In this document: positions 59,116 through 64,000 of the stretch, piece by piece | Layout: the number at the start of each line of letters is the position of its first letter | Position numbering within the stretch: the stretch's first letter is position 1 | Assembly (NCBI GenBank): GCA_029259185.1 | Contig: JAPDJF010000001.1 | Span: forward strand, 1 to 64,000 | Origin: Hadesarchaea archaeon | Lineage (GTDB): Archaea > Hadarchaeota > Hadarchaeia > Hadarchaeales > WYZ-LMO6 | Direction of reading: 5' to 3' | DNA: 64,000 nt | Program-made: the position numbers and the translations under genes | Notes under the pieces: generated by a model | Database searches by the model: none | Told to the model about the DNA's origin: nothing | Seen by the model: only the letters and a program-made list of their open reading frames with translations

Positions 59116-60150
59116 TCAAGGGGTTCTTAGGATTTCAGGTATTTTCTTTCTGAATGGAGGATAGACGATTCCACGTTCGGTGACTATCGCGGTTACGAGA
59201 TCCGGAGGGGTAATATCGAAAGCGGGGTTCAGGGTTTTCACTCCTCGGGGAAGCACCCTCTTCCCGAATATCTCCTCGATCTCGCGTCGGTCTCTCTCCT
59301 CGATCTTCACTTCCCGCACTTCACTTTTAGGATCAAAGGTTGAGAGGGGTGCTACCACGTAGAAGGGGATGCGATGGCGCTTGGCCGCCACCGCTATCGT
59401 GTACGTACCGATCTTGTTGATCACATGCCCATCCTTCAGGATGCGATCAGCACCCACCATCACGAGGTCTACCATCCGGTTGGAGAGGCAATATCCTACC
59501 ATGTTATCGGTTATCACGGTAACGTTTATTCCATCCCTTTTGAGTTCCCAAGCTGTGAGCCTCGCCCCCTGCAAAAGGGGTCTGGTTTCGGTGGCTATCA
59601 CTCGCACTCTCTTTCCTTCCTCTTTTGCCATCCTTACGGCCGCGAGGGCAGTTCCGTACCCTCCTCCGGTCGCAAGCCACCCGGCGTTACAGTGGGTCAG
59701 GACAGTGTCGTTGTCACGTATGAGTTTAGCACCGATCGTTCCGAGAGTCCGGTCAGTCTCGTCGACTTCTCTCACTATACACTTGACCTCCATGACCACG
59801 GCTCTCCGCACTTCTTCCGCGCTTCCCTTGGCTCGTTCGGCAACTCCCACTACACGTTCCAAGCGGGTGAACAGGTCAGCGCCAGTTGGTCTCGTGCGTC
59901 GAAGTCTGGCAGCAGCTCGTTTGAGGTCTTTAAGTATCTCTCTCTTGGTCTTTCCTTTAGATCCGAGTGCAGCGATTGCCAATCCCATGGCTCCCGCGAT
60001 TCCGACCGCTGGAGCACCTCTGATCTTCATCCCTTCGATAGCTCTGGCCACATCTTCCACCGTCAGGCATTCTAGGGTTTTGAGTCTGTCGGGCAATTTC
60101 GTTTGGTCGATCAACACCACTTTTTTCCCTTTGAGTTCTACAGCTCGCAT
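59116..60150 (-). CDS. mtnA: Methylthioribose-1-phosphate isomerase (aIF-2B family)
   Basis: IDQTKLP, IRGAPA, LTHCNAG.LAT, ETRP.LQGARLT, NPAFDITP. Confidence 0.93.
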   Translation of the reverse strand: MRAVELKGKKVVLIDQTKLPDRLKTLECLTVEDVARAIEGMKIRGAPAVGIAGAMGLAIAALGSKGKTKREILKDLKRAAARLRRTRPTGADLFTRLERVVGVAERAKGSAEEVRRAVVMEVKCIVREVDETDRTLGTIGAKLIRDNDTVLTHCNAGWLATGGGYGTALAAVRMAKEEGKRVRVIATETRPLLQGARLTAWELKRDGINVTVITDNMVGYCLSNRMVDLVMVGADRILKDGHVINKIGTYTIAVAAKRHRIPFYVVAPLSTFDPKSEVREVKIEERDRREIEEIFGKRVLPRGVKTLNPAFDITPPDLVTAIVTERGIVYPPFRKKIPEILRTP

Positions 60151-60194
60151 ACTCAAGACCCTAAATATTAGTAGGATTACAATTCAATGGTCTT

Positions 60195-61589
60195 ATGCTT
60201 GCAGGAATAAAAAAGGCGGCCGAAATCATAAGGAAGCACAGGGGCGACTTGGTTGAGATCATTTCACACATGGACGCGGATGGTGTTTGTGCAGCGGCTA
60301 TAATGTCTAGGGCCTTGGATAGGGAGAACGTGGAGCACAGGGTCAAGTTCGTCCGCATGCTCTACAGGGATGTGGTTGAGAAGCTGGATCCTGCTCCACT
60401 CACGATATTCACAGACCTTGGAAGTTCCCAGCTTGAAAATCTTCGGCAAAGCTATCGTTCAGCTCGGGTGATAATCTGTGACCACCACCCCCCACAGCGG
60501 GTGGATGGGTTGGAGGGTCTGGTTCACCTCAACGCTTACGAGATGGGAATGGACGGGCTCAAAGAGATAAGTGGGGCTGGTATGGCGTTTCTGCTAGCTA
60601 GGGAACTCAATCGAAAGAACTCAGACCTCTCCGCGTTGGCAGTGATCGGGGCGATCGGAGATATCCAGAACGCATGGGGGAAGCTCTCGGGTAGTAACCG
60701 GGAGATCCTGAATGAAGGAATGAGGGCAAAAGTGCTCGATCGGAGAATAGATCTGCAGCTATACGGGAGATATACCAAACCTCTATTCCAGAGCTTAGAG
60801 AGTTTCTCGGATCCACCAATTGAGGGCGTGACCAATTCTAGTGCTGGTTGTATGGAGTTGATCCGCTCGCTCGGAATACCTGTGAAAGGGGAAAATGGAT
60901 GGAGACGGTTGGCGGATCTCAGTGAGCACGAGAGACGTATGTTGGCAACTGAGCTCATATCACGTGCTCTCTCCAGCGTTCCGGAGGAATTCATCCCATA
61001 CGTTCCGAATCTGATAGTTGGGGAGTGCTATACGATCCTCGGTGAGGATGAGAACTCGGAACTGAGAGACGCTGGGGAGTTCGCTACGTGTCTGAACTCC
61101 ACCGCTAGACACGAGCAACCACTGATAGGGCTTGAGGTCGCGAAGGGAGATAGGGGTGCATATTACCGCGCTATGCTTAACCTCCTACACCACCACCGGC
61201 GCGCTATAGCGAGGGGGATGGAATTCATAGAAACCGAAGGATTGAAGGTTGGCGATGGCGGCTACCTCCAATACTTCGACGCGACGGGTGTGGTGAAAGA
61301 GACATTCGTGGGGACTCTCGCCAGTCTTTCCCTCGGCTCCCGAGTGGCGGATCCATACAAGCCTGTCGTTGGGACAGTCCGGGAAGGGGGTATGGCGAAG
61401 GTCTCAGCGAGGTGCTCAAAACTTCTCTTTTTGAGGGGGCTGGATCTGGCCGCCGCTATCAAGGAGGCTGCGGAGGAGGTTGGTGGGGAAGGGGGAGGGC
61501 ACCCCATCGCTTCGGGTGCGCAGGTCGAGGAGGAGAGAATATCCGAGTTCCTCCACAGCCTTGAGCAGAACATACTGCGGCAACTCTGA
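60195..61589 (+). CDS. RecJ/GAN-like DHH nuclease
   Basis: SHMDADG, TDLGS, CDHH, GAIGD.Q, GGGHPIASGA. Confidence 0.88.
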   Translation: MLAGIKKAAEIIRKHRGDLVEIISHMDADGVCAAAIMSRALDRENVEHRVKFVRMLYRDVVEKLDPAPLTIFTDLGSSQLENLRQSYRSARVIICDHHPPQRVDGLEGLVHLNAYEMGMDGLKEISGAGMAFLLARELNRKNSDLSALAVIGAIGDIQNAWGKLSGSNREILNEGMRAKVLDRRIDLQLYGRYTKPLFQSLESFSDPPIEGVTNSSAGCMELIRSLGIPVKGENGWRRLADLSEHERRMLATELISRALSSVPEEFIPYVPNLIVGECYTILGEDENSELRDAGEFATCLNSTARHEQPLIGLEVAKGDRGAYYRAMLNLLHHHRRAIARGMEFIETEGLKVGDGGYLQYFDATGVVKETFVGTLASLSLGSRVADPYKPVVGTVREGGMAKVSARCSKLLFLRGLDLAAAIKEAAEEVGGEGGGHPIASGAQVEEERISEFLHSLEQNILRQL

Positions 61590-61622
61590 GTTTTCCGTGT
61601 ACTTTGAGGCCTCTTTCTTGAC

Positions 61623-61975
61623 CACCGCAAGGAGACCCCATCCGAAAGGGCGGGGAGGGATTGTGACCATTGCCGGCAGGACTTTCGGGCGCGGTCACTC
61701 CACCGTGGGTGCTCACGGTAGCACCCCCGGCGGTTCGGATATACCGAGCCGCCTCAGTCAGGTTCCGACCAGCTTTGCGGCTTTCGCCCGATGCACTTCT
61801 ATTTCGGAGAGTTGACCGCCAAGCGCGTTTGACGCCTGCTGGGTGGCGTTCTCCGAAGCCCACGCCCCATACGAAAGAGGCGTGTTGATCTCCTTCGGAA
61901 CCTAACCGGCCATTGGTTTGTTGTTTCTCCGTAAATATACCGCCTCGCTAACCCCTCCCTTTCGGAAAGGGACTG
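61623..61975. mobile_element. Non-coding, highly structured cassette flanked by IS200/IS605-like hairpins
   Basis: End hairpins 61636-61655 and 61956-61972; at least six internal helices; no credible ORF. Confidence 0.55.
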
Positions 61976-63696
61976 CGTTCTGCATTGAGTTCACCTCCTT
62001 TTCGCCCGTGCTGGGTGCGGTACATCTGCATGATCTCTTCGATGGTGGTTGCCTCCTCGGGCCTGCGATCTTCCCTTATCCGAATGAACCTCGGGAACCT
62101 TAGCCCTACACCTCCAGTGTGCTTTTCGGGTGGACTCAGCTGGATTTCTTCAAACGCTACTTCAAAAATTACCTCGGGTTTGAAGTAAGCGTCGCACTCT
62201 ATTTCGATGTCCACCTCATCCGAGGGCTTCTCGAGCTTGATACGGTTAAAGAACTCAGTGAGTTCTTTTAGATCTTTGTCCGTGTATCCACTACCACATC
62301 GAGTAACAGTCTTATATCTCCCGGTTTTTTCATCTCTGGCTGCGAGTACATAGCTTCCGAAGGTTCCAGCCCTTTTTCCTTTTCCATAATGTGCTCCCAC
62401 GACCACAAGGTCGACCGTGTCTACTTCGGGCTTAAGTTTGAGCCAGAGAAACTCCCTCCTCCCAGCTCGATACGGAGATTCTAGATCTTTCGCAACGAGT
62501 CCCTCATGGCCGAGGCTGAGGGAGTGCTTTAGGAACTTCAGGATGTCTTCCTTCTTCCCGGTTACTATTTTTTCCACTATCATGACCTTGCCGGGAACGG
62601 ATGTAACGATCTGTTCGAGGATCTCTCTCCTCTCCTTGTAGGGCTTGTCGATAACACTTCTCCCCTCGACCATCAACACGTCGAATAGATATATCTCGAT
62701 CGGAATTTGTTCAGCGGCTTTCTCTATTCCATACTTCCTTCTTCGCTTTAGCACTTCTTGGAATGGCATGGGTTTCTGGCGATCTTTGTCCATTGCGACA
62801 AGTTCTCCGTCGACTATCACCCTTTTTGGATTCAGGGCCTTACGTATTGGATCCACGAGGTCTGGAAACATGGAGGTGTAGTCCTCCATCCTCCGAGTGA
62901 AGAGGGTGATCTTATCCTCGTTTTTGTGGGTCTGAATTCTTATCCCATCCAGCTTTATCTCGAAAGCCGCTTTTCCCCCCATTCGCTCTAGGATCTCGTC
63001 CACACTCTCCGCTCGTTGGGCTAGCATAGGACTCACGGGGTGTCCGAGAGTGACGCCTAGCTTCCTCAGAGTTCCCACCCCTTGCGCCGCCGCTTTCGCT
63101 ACGATCGCATAGTCGGTGGTGAGCATGTAGGCATGTTCTACGATTTCGGGGGGCAAGTTGAAGGTTGCCGCTATAGCGTCCCTCATTCTCCCCTCGGCCA
63201 CCCCTATCCTGAGATCCCCCAGCACGGTTCTAACGATGAACTTTGCCTCGATGGGGGTGGCGCTCGTCAGGAGTTCTGAAATGAGTGCGATCTTCCGGTC
63301 CACCGATCCCTCCCCTGTTACATCGGGGAGAGATTTCACTCTATCGAATACTTTTTCTACCGTGAGCGGTTCTGAAAAGAGAACGACCTGTTTCCTCCTT
63401 TCGGCTAGGAGCTTAGCGACCTCTCCCAGATCCCCGATACGGGCCATCAAGTTTTCTATCTCTTTTAGTGAGTGACCGGAGGCTGTGCTGATAGCCTTTT
63501 TCATTTGTTGGATTCCCACCCCAGTTTCCTTCGAGACATAAGTTGGCCACGGTCTTCCGAGGAGAAGGTAGACCACACGATCCATTTCTTCCACCGCCGT
63601 CCGTTTCAGGAGATCCACGATTATGGCATTTTTCTCCAAGTAACCCGATGCCTGCTCCAATTTCTCCAGTGCTTCGGCTAAAACTCTGTAGAGCAT
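61948..63696 (-). CDS. lig: ATP-dependent DNA ligase
   Basis: PMLAQ, EIKLDGIRIQ, VDGE, EGLVAK, WLKLK, LRFPRF..IREDR. Confidence 0.96.
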   Translation of the reverse strand: MLYRVLAEALEKLEQASGYLEKNAIIVDLLKRTAVEEMDRVVYLLLGRPWPTYVSKETGVGIQQMKKAISTASGHSLKEIENLMARIGDLGEVAKLLAERRKQVVLFSEPLTVEKVFDRVKSLPDVTGEGSVDRKIALISELLTSATPIEAKFIVRTVLGDLRIGVAEGRMRDAIAATFNLPPEIVEHAYMLTTDYAIVAKAAAQGVGTLRKLGVTLGHPVSPMLAQRAESVDEILERMGGKAAFEIKLDGIRIQTHKNEDKITLFTRRMEDYTSMFPDLVDPIRKALNPKRVIVDGELVAMDKDRQKPMPFQEVLKRRRKYGIEKAAEQIPIEIYLFDVLMVEGRSVIDKPYKERREILEQIVTSVPGKVMIVEKIVTGKKEDILKFLKHSLSLGHEGLVAKDLESPYRAGRREFLWLKLKPEVDTVDLVVVGAHYGKGKRAGTFGSYVLAARDEKTGRYKTVTRCGSGYTDKDLKELTEFFNRIKLEKPSDEVDIEIECDAYFKPEVIFEVAFEEIQLSPPEKHTGGVGLRFPRFIRIREDRRPEEATTIEEIMQMYRTQHGRKGGELNAERSPFPKGRG

Positions 63697-63825
63697 TCGC
63701 CCCACTCCCAACTAAGTATCGCCCTCTAACTATTTTCACTTTCCCGAGCCGTAACATCCGGAAAGCATATTAACGTAGCTATCTTAAAGAGAGTAGGGCT
63801 GGGGGTGGGGGGAAGGGAGAAAAGG

Positions 63826-64000
63826 ATGAGACCCCCTAAGGCCCTCTTGGAAAGCGCATTGGACTTGGCGTCCAAGGTTAAGGCGAAAGCTTTGCTAGTG
63901 TTAGCTTCGACTGAGCAAGACTTGGTTCCTCTTCTTTCAGAAAATGGATTAAAGCTTGTGGTTGCGACGACAGACGACCACCTCTACCGAGAATTGAAAA
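63826..64000 (+). CDS. Partial ORF, possibly DacZ-type diadenylate cyclase N-terminus
   Basis: MRPPKALLESALDLASKVKAKALLVL..LVVAT resembles a pyruvate-kinase-like alpha/beta domain; catalytic domain not in window. Confidence 0.35.
   Translation, partial: MRPPKALLESALDLASKVKAKALLVLASTEQDLVPLLSENGLKLVVATTDDHLYRELK

Noticed and set aside
59369-60256. Long + strand ORFs (295 and 233 aa)
   Set aside because: Antisense shadows of mtnA with no recognisable motifs
61459-61888. ORFs across the structured cassette
   Set aside because: GC-rich open frames without homology cues; the base-pairing pattern explains the sequence better

Overview
Archaeal chromosomal window. The PolD, Thermococcales/Methanobacteria-like PriL and overall gene order would fit a Hadarchaeota-like lineage, but that is an unverified inference. 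It is dominated by housekeeping genes: a replication super-cluster (intein-containing mcm, gins23, orc1/cdc6, polD DP1 and DP2), a tfs-OB-pcn-priL-priS-gins-rpl44e-rps27e-aIF2alpha-nop10 operon, threonine/serine synthesis, phosphate uptake, glnA/guaA/nadE/queC-like genes, MTA salvage, recJ-like and ligase. There are five tRNAs, including one tRNA-Glu with two introns. A consensus ORB plus AT-rich tract at ~9.75-9.87 kb marks a candidate replication origin beside a catalytically altered stand-alone LAGLIDADG gene. Accessory DNA includes an IS607 end, an IS630 splitting an HTH-MNT gene in a toxin-antitoxin islet after tRNA-Thr, several IS200/IS605-derived non-coding elements and gene remnants. 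The most striking observation is a tnpB element present twice (38407-39561 intact, 49388-49976 internally deleted). It has no transposase and is bounded by 15-bp terminal inverted repeats and 9-11-bp target-site duplications, unlike canonical IS200/IS605/IS607 carriers. It encodes a TnpB with a Fanzor-like rearranged RuvC-II, and both copies sit at the same register next to a shared AATAARTCTTTCA motif that reads as a BRE-TATA promoter on the other strand.
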